Of a DNA stretch of 64,000 nt, positions 17,965 to 29,351 are shown one piece after another. Both the position numbers and the translations under genes were made by a program. The stretch is taken from NCBI GenBank assembly GCA_963844275.1, contig CAWJNS010000005.1, positions 103,225 to 167,224 on the forward strand, given 5' to 3'. Origin of the DNA: an uncultured Verrucomicrobiae bacterium (GTDB lineage: Bacteria > Verrucomicrobiota > Verrucomicrobiia > Chthoniobacterales > UBA10450). Every line of letters begins with the position of its first letter. Within the stretch, counting starts at the first letter, position 1. The notes beneath the pieces were generated by a model. That model worked only from the letters and a program-made list of their open reading frames with translations, was not told the origin of the DNA and did not search any database.

Positions 17965-18345
17965 TTACGTCGCCTTGATTCGCCGGAGCCCTGCCCCCAC
18001 GAAACAGAAAGGAACGAGGAGCGCCAGGAAAGTGAGGTGATACCAAAACGGCATCAGGTGCCAGACCTGTATTTGGACGAAGATGCCGGTGGCCAGCAGC
18101 AGCGAGCCAAGAAAAAGGACGGCCAGATGCCGCCGCGCCCCACTGATGGCGGCAGTGAGGTATCCCGCGATGATCGACAGGACGAAGCTGCCGAGCAACA
18201 GCGCCAGCAGCACCTTCGGATCATGAACCTTCTGAGTCTGATCGGAGGAGAGCAGACCGAACTTCTGGAGGAGAGGATTGAAACCGACCCAGGCAACGGA
18301 CCAGAAGACGTAACCGACAATCGCGGCGAGGATTTGCCTTAACAT
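17965..18345 (-). CDS. hypothetical 4-TM membrane protein
   Basis: 126-aa ORF with four hydrophobic segments. No family recognised. Confidence 0.5.
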   Translation of the reverse strand: MLRQILAAIVGYVFWSVAWVGFNPLLQKFGLLSSDQTQKVHDPKVLLALLLGSFVLSIIAGYLTAAISGARRHLAVLFLGSLLLATGIFVQIQVWHLMPFWYHLTFLALLVPFCFVGAGLRRIKAT

Positions 18346-18435
18346 AAGCGGAAAGGACGGTGCGTGACGAGCGGAGCCTATCCGTCCGGGTCCTCCCGCC
18401 GCAAGGCTTCTTTGTTAGGAATAAGAAGCGGCGAT

Positions 18436-21049
18436 CTATTCCGTGCGGAGCGCTGTCAGGGGGTTGACGCGCGTGGCGCGGCGAGCCGGCAGCCACGTCG
18501 CGATCAGCGTTGCAATCCCGAGCAGCAGCGGGGCGCAGGCGAATGCGATGGGATCGAGCGCGCCCACTTCATACAACATCCCGGCGAGCAGCTTCCCGGT
18601 CGCGGCGGCCAGGAGCAGTCCCAGCGCAATGCCCGCCGCGAGCATGAACGAGCCTTCACGGATGATCATCCATTGCACGCCCTGGGGCTCCGCGCCAAGC
18701 GCCATGCGGATGCCGATTTCGCGCGTGCGGCGCGCCACGGAATAGGCCTTCACGCCGTAGACCCCGACGATGGCGAGGAGGAGCGCGAGCGCTCCGAAGA
18801 CCGAGAACATGGTCGCGCCGGCGCGCACGATCCACATCTCCATGTTGCCATCGAGGTGCTGCGGGAAGGTCTTGAGCGAAAGCACCGGCAACGTCGGATC
18901 GGTCTCGCGCACGGCGCGGCGAACAGCGTCCGCCATCGCAGAGACGTTCCCGGGGTTTAACGACTGGAACTGCACGAAAAAGAACGCATTGCTCTGAAAG
19001 CCACGCGCAAAAGGCACGTAGATGCTGCCGCGCGGCTGCTTCTCGAACACGCTCGCGCGAGAGGTGGCGACGATTCCCACCACCTCAATCGGCTCCTCCG
19101 GCTGAATGCTGGTGTTAGCGCCGCTGCTAATTCCCATCCCGCCGCCGCCATCGTCCCGCTTCGCCCGCGGTGCGTAGTCGGTTGCGATCTGGATGCGTTG
19201 CCCGAGGGCGTCACCTTCCGGCCAGAGTTTCTTCGCGAGCGCTTCGTCGATGATGGCCACGGCCGGCGTGCCCGGTTGCGTCGCTTCGGTCGTGGAAAAC
19301 TCCGGCCGCGCAGGATCGGCAAACCGACGGCCGCAAAGTAGTCGGCACCGACGCTGTTGTAGCGCGAACTAATCGCCAGGCCTTCCGCTGCCGTCGCGGG
19401 CTTGTCGTCCTTGCCGACGTGCATCCCGCCGCGCTGGATCGCTTTGCCTAACGACACTAGCCCGAACGGCACCGTCGCGGAGATGCTCACATGCTGTGCG
19501 CCCGGGAGTGCGCCGAGTCGATCATTAAGTGTGCGATAAAGTTGCTCCGCACGCGGCTGATCGAACCCGCCAAGGTTCGCATCGACCTCGAGCAGGAGAT
19601 CGTGGTCGACGCGTAATCCGGTCTCAAGCGCCGCGGCTTTGGTGGCGCCGCGGATGAAGAGCGCGGCCGCGGTCAGCAGGGCGAGCGAGAACGCGATCTG
19701 CACGACGACGAGCGGATTGCGCGGCAGGAAACGCCAGCGCCGCCCGACGGCGTCTTCGCCGGCCTGTTCCTTCAGGTCGCCGATCACGCTGTTACGCGAT
19801 AACTTCAGCGCTGGCCCGAGCGCGAAGGCGAGCGTGCCGAAGAGGCAGAAGGCAAACGTCATTGCGAGGATCGGCAGATTCGGACCGGAATTCCAGACCA
19901 AGTCGATCGGCATCAGGGCGCGCATCGAAGTGGCCAGGAGCGTCGATGACCACAAGCCGACCACCAGCGCCGGCGGCGCCGCCGAGGAGCGCAAGGAGAA
20001 ACCCTTCTGTCAGAAGCTGCCGAACGATCCGCCAGCGGCTGCTGCCGAGCGCGAGTCGAATCGCGATCTCCTTGCGCCGCGCCGTCCCGCGCGCCAGGAG
20101 CATGTTGGCGAGATTGAGGCAGGCCACCAGCAGCACCACGGCCGCCATTCCCATCAGCATCGGCGCGAGGACGGCCAGTTGGCTGTCGTCCGGCGGATCA
20201 TCGCTGATCGAGAAACGCGAGAGCCCAGCCGTCATGAACGTCTGGTCCTTTTGCTCGACGGGGAACGCGCGCTCCAGGTTCGTGGCCAGGGTCTTGAGGG
20301 CGGGCTCGGCCGCCGCGGGGGTGAGACCTTCCTTTAAACGTGCGATCGGCATCAGGTGACGCCCGGTGCGACTCGACAATCCCTCGCGGCTGCTGCTGGC
20401 AAAATCGTTGATCACCAGATCATACGCGCTGAGCGGCACCCACACTTCGGGCGACATTACGGCCAGCGTGCCGGTAAACGTGCGTGGCAGCACACCGATG
20501 ACCGTGTAAGGGAGGCCGTTGATCTGAATCTGTGATCCGAGGATTGAGGCATCGCGACCGTGTCGCGCCCAGTGGCTGTAGCTGACGAGCGCGACCGCCG
20601 CCGCCTGTCCGGGCTTTTCCTCCTCCGCCGTAAACGCGCGGCCGAGGACCGGTGTCACGCCGAGGACCTCGAAATAGTTCGCGGTCACGATGTCGGCAAA
20701 CGTGCGGCGCGTGTTGTTTTTCTCCCCGATGCCGACGAGCGAGACATTGTGGGCCGCGACGCCCGAAAAGACGGAGTTCTGCTCGCGGATATCGAGCAAG
20801 GTCGGGTAGGAGAAGGAGCGAAACGTTTTCGGGTTCTTCGTATCCTGCGAGAAGATCTGCACCAGCTCGTGCGGGCGTGCATAGCCGGGCGGCTGCGTAG
20901 AGCAGGGTATGCACGAGGCTGAACACCGCCGTGTTAGCCCCAATGCCAACGGCCAGCACCAGCACCGCCGCGACCGTAAAGCCCGGCGCCTTGATCAGCT
21001 GCCGGAGCGCGAACCGAAAATCATGCATCATCTTGGCAATGAGATGCAC
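18436..21049 (-). pseudogene. ADOP-family duplicated FtsX/MacB-type ABC permease, 3 frame changes
   Basis: Four consecutive ORFs (20420..21049, 19792..20949, 18957..19994, 18436..19260) join into one ~870-aa permease. The N-terminus is FALRQLIKAPGFT...GIGANTAVFS. Joins are near 20930, 19990 and the A4 run 19296-19299. Confidence 0.85.
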
Positions 21050-21072
21050 GCCCGGCCGCGTTTGGATTCAGA

Positions 21073-21861
21073 TTAATTGCGCGCCTTAGTGCGCAACCAG
21101 CCGCCGGTCGCCTGGATTGGCTCGATCTGACCGGCTTCCGTCACCCAGACGGCGAGCGCTTCCGGCGCTGCGGAATTCTGTGACGAGGCTTTGGCTGGGA
21201 GATGGAGTTGCTTCGTCTCCGCGTCCAACGGTTCGCTCGTGAGCGAAAGAACCACGAAATCGTGCCGCAATTTCCGCCCACTGTTCTCTCCCGCCTTCAC
21301 CTCGATCTGCAGATCGAAGCCAAGCCGCGCGAGGTGCAGAACATATCGCCGGCCGTCTGGTGTCTCGGGCGTAAAACGTGCCGTCACCGCTCCACCTTCC
21401 GCCACCGTGATCTGCAGAACGCCCGGCTTCTCCGTCGACGCCGGGGGCAAGGCGCTGTTTCGCCATTCCCGGCCGTCCAAAACGAAACCTGGCGTGTAGA
21501 CGCTGCCGCTCTTCCACCGCGCGGAGTAAACGTATTGTCGCGCCGTCCACTGCTTCGTGGCCAAAGGATCGCGCCAGCCGAGTCGGTCCCAGTAATCCAC
21601 GTGAAACGCGATCGGAACAAAGTCGCGCCAGAGTCGCGGTTCATTCTTGAGCTTGCTCAGCCAGGCTTCTGCGGGCGGGCAACTGCTGCAGCCCTCCGAC
21701 GTAAAAAGCTCGATCAGATGCGTCCGGCGCGGCCCGCTTTCGAATATCACCTCCGAACCGAACGCGGTCCGCGGGGCATTTAGCACCAACGCGAGCGCAG
21801 CCACGCGCCCCAAGTTGCAGGTAATCAGCGCAACCACGGCCGGCCGCCACCTACTTCGCAT
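21073..21861 (-). CDS. DUF1223 domain-containing secreted protein
   Basis: ELFTSEGCSSCPPAEAWL signature, with an N-terminal signal/TM segment. Confidence 0.8.
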   Translation of the reverse strand: MRSRWRPAVVALITCNLGRVAALALVLNAPRTAFGSEVIFESGPRRTHLIELFTSEGCSSCPPAEAWLSKLKNEPRLWRDFVPIAFHVDYWDRLGWRDPLATKQWTARQYVYSARWKSGSVYTPGFVLDGREWRNSALPPASTEKPGVLQITVAEGGAVTARFTPETPDGRRYVLHLARLGFDLQIEVKAGENSGRKLRHDFVVLSLTSEPLDAETKQLHLPAKASSQNSAAPEALAVWVTEAGQIEPIQATGGWLRTKARN

Positions 21862-21939
21862 CGGCTGCCTGCTGCAGTTTCGCGATCGCCATGTGAGAAC
21901 ATGCCGACCGCCGATTTCAAGGCAAGAGACGGCATCAGT

Positions 21940-22395
21940 CTAAAGCTCTTTGGTCATGAAAAAGCTGTTGGGATCTTTGGTGTAATCGGCGAACGGACCG
22001 CAGGATGTGAAACCGGAGTGGGCGTAGAGCGCGCGCGCCGGCGCGAAAGCCTCCATCGAGCCAGTTTCGAGGCTCAGGCGGCGATAACCGCGGCGCCTCG
22101 CTTCCGCGAGGATGTGATTTAGCAGAGTCTTCGCCACGCCTTTCCGGAGGTGGCGCGAAGAAGTGCGCATCGATTTGATCTCGGCATGCCGACGATCCAG
22201 CTCCTTCAGCGCGCCACAGCCCAGCAACTCGCCGTTCTCCCAGACGGTCCAGAAGGTAATCCCGGGCGCGCGTAACCCCTCGAGGGGGAGGGCGTGCACA
22301 CTTTCCGGTGGTGAGAGCTGCCGCATGCTGGCCAGGTGTTCCTGCAAGAGCGCGCGGATTTCGGCACCGCTGAGGTCGTCTAGTTTGATGTCCAC
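21940..22395 (-). CDS. GNAT family N-acetyltransferase
   Basis: Contains LLGCGALKEL...RHLRKGVAKTLLNHILAEARRRGYRRLSLETG (acetyl-CoA binding motif A). The start is taken at GTG 22395 (VDIKLDDL). The ORF extends to 22443. Confidence 0.8.
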   Translation of the reverse strand: MDIKLDDLSGAEIRALLQEHLASMRQLSPPESVHALPLEGLRAPGITFWTVWENGELLGCGALKELDRRHAEIKSMRTSSRHLRKGVAKTLLNHILAEARRRGYRRLSLETGSMEAFAPARALYAHSGFTSCGPFADYTKDPNSFFMTKEL

Positions 22396-22534
22396 GGTCG
22401 GATTTGTTCGCCCCTCAGAGCGGCGCCTCGTTCCCCGGTCCAACCTGTGCGACGGCGCCCTCCGCGAAAAGCTTCAAGGGCACGAAATCTGCACTGGAAG
22501 GGAGATTGTGTCAGCCGCCGCGCCAACGATCGAG

Positions 22535-24174
22535 ATGCCGACAACCAGACTGGTAATTGGTCCGGAATTTCCCGACGACCCCCGGAAATGGGACGGCTGG
22601 AGCCATTACCTCTCGGAAAATCCCTACAAGCGTCTGTGCCTGGATCCCCACTCGAATCCCACCAATCTGCAAATTCTGCAGCACTACAATGCGCTTCTCC
22701 ATTGGTGGCAGAAGAAACTCCCGCTGAGGAACCAGCCGAGCAATCCGGTCGCGCAGTTGCTCGGACGCGGGATCCTGGAGGCTGCCCGCTATCTGGCCCA
22801 AGCCCAACTGCTACTGCTCGACCCGGTGCGGCGCCGCCAGGTCGATGAGCAATTGGCGGCCGCGGCGCAGGAGGAAGTCGCTGGGAGATTTTGCCAAGTA
22901 CGTCGCATTTTCCCTCCAGGCTGGCGTGCTGACGCCGGAAGCGGAGGTGAATCTGAAGGAGTTTGGGCGGAACAGCTGGTTAACCGACGATCAGATCAGC
23001 GCCTGCATTGAGCAGGCGATGCGGCAGAAGAATGTCCAGCGCCTGGCTCCCAGCATGGCGGCCCCCGCCGGCGACAGTTCGACAGTGCACGTTGACGCGG
23101 ACGCGGCCCGGAAGTTCCTCCGCATCCTTCGGCTCAGCGAGGTGAATATGGGTCGGGCGACGGACAGTGTGCGGGGGATCTTTGCCAGTATCGCTCATAA
23201 TTTGGGAATCGACTTCGAGAGCGGGAAAAACCTGCTCGAGGACTATTTGGAGGAGGAGGAGCTGGCTCTCTGCAGTCTGCTCATGCGCGATAACGGCGCG
23301 GCGGCGCGGTCGATCGGCCCGGCACCGGCCGAGGCGGAGTCGAACTGCCTGCCCACCAGGTTCGACCATCCGCTCGGAGCCCCGATGCTGCTGATTCCGA
23401 CCGGCGAGTTCATGATGGGCAGCGAAGAGGTCGACGCCGCCCCTAACGAAAGCCCATTGACGCCGGTGACGCTCAGTGATTTCTACATGTCGCTCCATCC
23501 GGTAACGAACGCGCAGTACCGAGCAGTTCGATCGCAGTCACCGGCGCAAACGCATGGCCGGCGCGGGCGATGATCATCCGGTCGTCTACGTCAGCAGCTT
23601 CGAGGCGGTGAACTTCTGTCAGTGGCTCGAGAAGCAGGACGGGAGGAAATACCGGCTGCCTACGGAGGCCGAATGGGAGTACGCGGCCCGCGGGACGGAC
23701 GGCCGAAAATATCCCTGGGGGAATGACGACGGCCGCGGGGACGTCGCCAACTTCGCGGATGCGAGCACGACCCTCTCGTGGCGCCATCCGCTCCTCAACG
23801 ACGGCTACGCGGAGAGCTCGCCGGTGGGAGCGTTTCCGGCGGGGGCCAGTTTCTTCGGAATCGAAGGCATGGCGGGCAATGTGTGGGAATGGTGCCTCGA
23901 ATTCCTCCAGCCGCTCTCGGGACGGCCGAAACGAAATCCGCGCGGGGCGGCCGTCGGGAGTCAGCGGGTTTGCCGCGGCGGAAGCTGGAAATCTCGCTTC
24001 TCGAGTCTGCGCACTACGGCGCGTTCGTCGAATGCTCCTAATCACTCCAGCAATGATCTGGGTTTTCGCATCGTCTGCGAAGTTGCGCCGACTCCAACCG
24101 CGAAAAGCGGTGTCGGTCCCCGGTCCGAACGCAGGGGCATCCGCGGCGACGAAGAAGAGAGCGACCTCGGGTAA
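22535..24174 (+). pseudogene. multidomain protein with C-terminal formylglycine-generating-enzyme (SUMF1/FGE-sulfatase) domain, 2 frame changes
   Basis: Three ORFs (22163..23011 from ATG 22535, 22845..23573, 23554..24174) join near 22870 and 23540. FGE motifs are present: [26 protein letters not shown]. The ~300-aa N-terminal region is unassigned. Confidence 0.8.
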
Positions 24175-24307
24175 GCCTGCGATTCCATCGCCCAGATGGA
24201 CGCGGCGGCGCTCCTAACCGCAAATCCGGCGACGCACGCCTGCGCTACGATGGCGAACAAGCGTGGCAACAGCGTTTGTCGCCGCTCCCTTGGCGGGTTG
24301 CGCGGAA

Positions 24308-24628
24308 TTACTTCTTCTTGGGAGAAGCCGCCGGGCTGGCGTCCGCTTTCTCTCCCTTCGCCGCCTTTTCGGTTTTCACTTCCACGTCTTTTGCGGTCAT
24401 CGTGTAGTTGATCGTGACCTTGTCGCCGACCTTCACGTCGCCAGGGACTTTCGTCGATGAGTCACGATCGATTTCCCACTTATCGTTGCCCTTCATGACC
24501 GTGATCATCTTGTCGGTCACGTCCACGACCGGGCCGGTGACCTGATACGTTTTCGCGCCGGCGAATGCCGCGCTGTTGAGGGCGAGCGCCGCCACGGCGA
24601 ACAAACCCAACAATATTTTCTTGTTCAT
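24308..24628 (-). CDS. hypothetical secreted protein with Lys/Ala-rich tail
   Basis: Signal peptide MNKKILLGLFAVAALALNSAAFA followed by a beta-rich body. Confidence 0.55.
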   Translation of the reverse strand: MNKKILLGLFAVAALALNSAAFAGAKTYQVTGPVVDVTDKMITVMKGNDKWEIDRDSSTKVPGDVKVGDKVTINYTMTAKDVEVKTEKAAKGEKADASPAASPKKK

Positions 24629-24652
24629 GCGCCCAGAGAAACGACTTCGCGC

Positions 24653-24997
24653 CTATGTTTCAAGCCTTCTCGCTGGCCGCCTTCTTGGGCGTGCCGAGGT
24701 AGGCGGGCGCGCCTTCTTGCGCTCCGGCGTGTAGTGCCACCACGGACGAGGGGGCGCTCCTTCCATGAAGCGCACCGCCGAGATAAAGGCGTCGAGCACG
24801 CATGGATCCTGGCGGGAACGAGTGCGGACGCAGAGCGCCTGGTAAAGGCCGTGGGGATCGCGGCCAATTAACTCGGTCGGCTGGTTGATCCCGAGCAGCC
24901 GCAGATCTTGCGCGAGCGACCGGCCGATGTTTGGGATCGCTTCCAGGACAGTGGCGGCCCGGCTCTCCGTGGCCTTCAGGATTCGGGAATGGGACAT
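24653..24997 (-). CDS. helix-hairpin-helix domain protein (Cdd1/mitomycin-resistance-like)
   Basis: LEAIPNIGRSLAQDLRLLGI...DPHGLYQALC pattern. Confidence 0.6.
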   Translation of the reverse strand: MSHSRILKATESRAATVLEAIPNIGRSLAQDLRLLGINQPTELIGRDPHGLYQALCVRTRSRQDPCVLDAFISAVRFMEGAPPRPWWHYTPERKKARPPTSARPRRRPARRLET

Positions 24998-25166
24998 GGG
25001 TGGGTTTGGGTTGGGCTCAGCATTCGCCAGCTCGCGGTCGGGCGCAAAGTCTCGCTTCTCGCGTCATACGCGACCCAGGGCGAAGTCATTGATTCAGCTG
25101 CGCGGCGGCGGACGAATGCCGCAATTCGTTTGCTAAAGCGGAGGTGCTGTCCCAGTTATTGCCCCG

Positions 25167-26537
25167 ATGAGCGCCGAGAAACAGACAGATCCGCAGCGAA
25201 TGGAGAGAATCGTCAGCCTTTGCAAGCGGCGGGGGTTCATTTTCCAGGCGGCAGAAATCTACGGCGGACTTAACGGCGTGTGGGATTTTGGTCCGCTCGG
25301 CGCGGAACTGAAGCGGAACCTGAAGGACTACTGGTGGCGCATGATGGTGCGCGAACGGGACGACGTCGTCGGACTCGACGGCTCCATCTTGACGCATCGC
25401 GCGGTCCTGAAAGCGAGCGGGCACGAGGACACGTTCAGCGATCCGATGGTCGATTGCCGGACGTGCAAGGCACGGCTGCGGGCGGATCAGCTCCCGGAGA
25501 AGAACGGCGCGAAGCAGTGTCCGAATTGCGGCGGCAAAGGACCTGACCGAGCCGCGTGCATTCAATCTGATGTTCCGGACGAACATGGGCGCATCGGAGG
25601 ACGAGTCTTCGATCGCGTATCTGCGCCCGGAAACAGCGCAGTCGATCTTCGTGCAGTTCAAGAACGTGCTCGATACCGCGCGGAAGAAGCTGCCGTTCGG
25701 GATCGCGCAGATCGGGAAGGCGTTCCGGAACGAGATCAATCCGCGCAATTACATCTTTCGCTCCCGCGAGTTTGAGCAGATGGAACTGGAGTATTTCTGT
25801 GCACCGGAAGACGGGATGCGGTTGCTCGATTACTGGCTGGAGGAGCGGCTTCGGTTCTACGAGAACATCGGCATCCCGCGGTCGAAATTGCATGTCCTGA
25901 CAGTGCCGGATGCGGACCGCGCGTTTTATTCCAAGGGGACCTACGACATCGAGTATGAGTTCCCGTTCGGCGTGCAGGAGCTGGAGGGCGTGGCGTATCG
26001 GACCGATTACGACCTGACGCAGCACCAGAACAGCGAGCGGGAAACCGCTGGAGTATTTCGACGAGGAGACGAAAGCGAAGTTTGTGCCGCACGTGGTGGA
26101 GCCCAGCGCGGGTGTCGATCGCACGCTGCTGGCTTTGATCTGCGAGGCGTACGACGGAGGAGACGGTGACGGACGAGAAGGGGAAATCGGAGACGCGCAC
26201 GGTGATGCGTTTCCATCCGCGCATGGCTCCGATCAAAGTGGGCGTGTTCCCGTTGCTCAAGAACAAGCCGGAGCTGGTGGCGAAAGCGCGCGAAGTGCAT
26301 GCGCTGCTGAAGCCGCACATGATGACGTTCTACGATGAGGCGGGCGCGATCGGGCGGCGCTATCGGCGGCAGGATGAAGCGGGGACGCCGTTTGGCCTGA
26401 CGATCGATTTCGAGACGCTCGGCGAACGGGGCGATGAGCTACGCGATACGGTGACGCTGCGGCACCGCGACTCGATGCAGCAGGAGCGGGTCAAGATCAG
26501 CGATCTGCCCAGTCGTCTGCTGCCGCTGGTGAGTTGA
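25167..26537 (+). pseudogene. glyQS: glycine--tRNA ligase (class II, alpha2 GlyQS type), 3 frame changes
   Basis: Frames 25167.., 25570.., 26084.., 26166.. read in order as [78 protein letters not shown] and [17 protein letters not shown]. Joins are near 25540, 26034 and 26156. Confidence 0.95.
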
Positions 26538-26573
26538 CGCATCTCCGGACCGGGCGGCGCCCGAATACGTGGT

Positions 26574-28169
26574 ATGGCCACGCATCAGCATCAAACGGAA
26601 CGGGCAGGGGAGAGGATTTCGCTGTGGGAAGCGACCAGCGACGCTGGTCAGCTCAACCCACTGCGGGAAGACATCACGACCGATGTGTGCATCGTGGGCG
26701 CAGGCATATCCGGGCTCTCGGCCGCCTACACGCTCGTGCGGGATGGCCGGAAGGTGGTGGTGATCGATGACGGACTCGTCGGTCGCGGCATGACGGGTCG
26801 CACCACCGCGCACATCGCCAGCGCGCTCGACGATCGCTATTACGAAATCGAGAAGCTACACGGCGCGGAAGGCGCGCGGCTGGCGGCGGAAAGTCACACG
26901 GCGGCGATCGCGCGTGTGGAGGAAGTGGTATGCGCGGAGCGGATCGAGTGTGACTTCGAGCGGCTGGACGGCTACCTCTTCGCGCCACCGAACGAACCGG
27001 TCGACAATCTGCGCGAGGAGTTCGAGGCCTGCGGCCGGGCAGGCCTGGAGGTGGAATGGGTGGAACGCGCGCCGGTGTCGGGGTTCAACACCGGTCCGGC
27101 GATCCAGTTCAAGAACCAGGCGCAATTTCATCCGCTGCAATACCTGCACGGGCTGGCGGCTGCGATCGAACGATACGGCGGCAAAATTTACACCGGCACG
27201 CGAGTGGTCGACGTGCAGGAGAGCGAGGAGGGCGTCGCGAAGACGCAGGAAGGTCACACCATTCGGGCGCAGGCATTTATCGTCGCGACGAACACGCCGA
27301 CAAACAATCGCTACGTCATTCACACGAAGCAGGCGCCCTACACGAGCTACGTGATCGGCTTGCGCGTGCCGCGGGGCGCGGTCACGCGGGCGCTCTTTTG
27401 GGACACCGCTGAGCACGCGGGGCAGGAAGACAAGCCGCTCGGCGTGGTACCGTACCACTACGTACGGGTCGCGGGCGGTAAGGGCGGCGACGAGGTGCTG
27501 GTGATCGGTGGAGAAGATCACAAGACCGGGCAGGCGGACGATTTCGAGCAACGCTACCAGCGGCTGGAGGATTGGGCACGCGTGCGCTGGCCGCAGGCGG
27601 ACGAGGTGGTCTACCGCTGGTCGGGGCAGGTGATGGAGACGGAGGATTATCTGGGCTTTATCGGGCGCAATCCGTCGGACAAGGAGAACGTCTACATTGC
27701 GACGGGCGATTCCGGGAACGGAATGACGCACGGCACGATCGCGGGGATTTTGATTCCGGACCTGATCGCAGGGCGCGAGAATCCATGGGCAAAGCTCTAC
27801 GATCCGTCGCGGCTCAGCTTTAAGTCGGCGGGCGATTTCCTGAAGGAAAACCTGAACGTCGCCGCGCAATTCCGCGATTGGGTGACGGGTGGCGATGTGA
27901 CATCCGTTGCTGAAATCAAGCCGGGACAGGGAGCGGTCTTGCGGCGCGGGTTGAAGAAGATGGCGGTCTATCGCGACGACTCGGGCGCGCTGCACGAGAT
28001 GACGGCGGTCTGTCCGCACCTCAAGTGCATCGTGCACTGGAACCGGAATGAGAAGACGTGGGATTGCCCGTGCCACGGGTCGCGCTTCGATGCGATGGGG
28101 CACGTCATGAACGGACCATCGATCTCTGATCTGGCGCCGCTGGATGGCAGTGACGGCGCGAAGAGTTAA
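26574..28169 (+). CDS. FAD-dependent oxidoreductase fused to a C-terminal Rieske [2Fe-2S] domain
   Basis: Intact 531-aa ORF. Dinucleotide fold is VCIVGAGISGLSAAY. Rieske motifs are CPHLKC..H and CPCHGSRF. Confidence 0.85.
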   Translation: MATHQHQTERAGERISLWEATSDAGQLNPLREDITTDVCIVGAGISGLSAAYTLVRDGRKVVVIDDGLVGRGMTGRTTAHIASALDDRYYEIEKLHGAEGARLAAESHTAAIARVEEVVCAERIECDFERLDGYLFAPPNEPVDNLREEFEACGRAGLEVEWVERAPVSGFNTGPAIQFKNQAQFHPLQYLHGLAAAIERYGGKIYTGTRVVDVQESEEGVAKTQEGHTIRAQAFIVATNTPTNNRYVIHTKQAPYTSYVIGLRVPRGAVTRALFWDTAEHAGQEDKPLGVVPYHYVRVAGGKGGDEVLVIGGEDHKTGQADDFEQRYQRLEDWARVRWPQADEVVYRWSGQVMETEDYLGFIGRNPSDKENVYIATGDSGNGMTHGTIAGILIPDLIAGRENPWAKLYDPSRLSFKSAGDFLKENLNVAAQFRDWVTGGDVTSVAEIKPGQGAVLRRGLKKMAVYRDDSGALHEMTAVCPHLKCIVHWNRNEKTWDCPCHGSRFDAMGHVMNGPSISDLAPLDGSDGAKS

Positions 28170-28178
28170 TGTCCTGAG

Positions 28179-28550
28179 GTGGAGGTTGACGCGTTTCGTG
28201 ATTACTGCCTGAAGAAACGGGGCGTGACGGAGGGCGCGCCGTTCGGTCCGGAGCACATCGTGTTCAAGGTCGGCGGGAAGATGTTCGCGTTGCTGGCCTT
28301 CGAGGAAGTGCCGCCGACGGCCAACCTAAAATGCGATCCCGATCGCGCCCTCGAACTCCGTGACCGCTACGAGGAGGTGCGCCCCGGTTACCACATGAAC
28401 AAAAAGCACTGGAATACGGTAGTGATCGCCGGCGCAATTCCGGACGCCGAGATCAGGGCCATGATCGACCACTCTTATGAATTGGTGCTGCGAGCGCTGC
28501 CGAAACGCGCGCGGGCCGGGCTCGCGTTGACTATATCTGGCGCAGTTTGA
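28179..28550 (+). CDS. MmcQ/YjbR family DNA-binding protein
   Basis: Contains EGAPFGPEHIVFKVGGKMFALL...YHMNKKHWNTV. GTG start at 28179. Confidence 0.8.
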   Translation: MEVDAFRDYCLKKRGVTEGAPFGPEHIVFKVGGKMFALLAFEEVPPTANLKCDPDRALELRDRYEEVRPGYHMNKKHWNTVVIAGAIPDAEIRAMIDHSYELVLRALPKRARAGLALTISGAV

Positions 28551-29351
28551 TTTCGCCGAGTTCGAGGTGCAGCGCCGCATCCGCGATTTGAAGAAACGCG
28601 TCTGGCGGATCGGTCAGCGCTACCTCCAACGCACCCTTGTTCGGGGGGACGGCTCGCAGGCTTTCTCTTTCGAGCAGTTCGCGCACGGCGGTCGCGCAGT
28701 TTTCCGCCGAGTCCACCAGCGCGACGTCGTCTGCCCAAGAGCCGCCGAATCGCGGGCCGGAGCAGGGGATAATGCGTGCAGCCGAGCACCAGCGTATCGA
28801 CGCCGTCGTCGAGCAACGGTTGCAGGTATTGCATCAGCACTTTGTCGGTGACGTCACTATTGAGCCAGCCTTCTTCGATCAGCGGGACGAGGAGGGGACA
28901 CGCCCGCGCGGTCAACTGCACATCCGGATTCAAGGCGCGCAAAGCCTGTTCGTACGCGCCGCTCTTGATCGTGGCGCGGGTGCCGATCACTCCAATGTGC
29001 TGGTTGCGCGTGGCGGCGATCGCGGCGGCGGCCCCGGGAGCAATCACCCCCGTGACCGGTGACCGGCAGCTTCTCTTTCAGGACCGGGAGGGCGAGCGCC
29101 GAGGCGGTATTGCATGCGACCACAATGGTCTTCGCGTTCTCGCCGAGAAGGAGCGACGCAATTTCCAGGCTGTAGCGTTGCACGGTGCTCGGACTCTTTC
29201 CGCCGTAGGGAACGCGGGCGGTATCGCCGATATAGTAGATGGACTCGTCGGGCAGGACGCGGCGCAAAGCGCTCACCACCGTCAGCCCGCCGATGCCGGA
29301 GTCGAAGACGCCGATTGGGCGCGGATCACCGGTCTCAAGGTGCGCGACCAT
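28531..29351 (-). pseudogene. murI: glutamate racemase, 2 frame changes
   Basis: [13 protein letters not shown] and VVACNTAS are in ORF 28857..29402. LGCTHYPLL is in ORF 28475..29047. The C-terminus is in ORF 28531..28716. Joins are near 29040 and 28720. Confidence 0.9.

Noticed and set aside
26856-28256. 466-aa ORF on the minus strand opposite the FAD/Rieske oxidoreductase. Similar long antisense ORFs are 9147..10535 (+), 10563..11690 (+), 39396..40580 (+), 15270..16352 (-) and 6588..7688 (+).
   Set aside because: These are Arg/Ala/Pro-rich shadow ORFs, typical of the antisense or off frames of high-GC coding DNA. Each lies entirely inside or opposite a gene with clear family motifs, and none carries a motif of its own.
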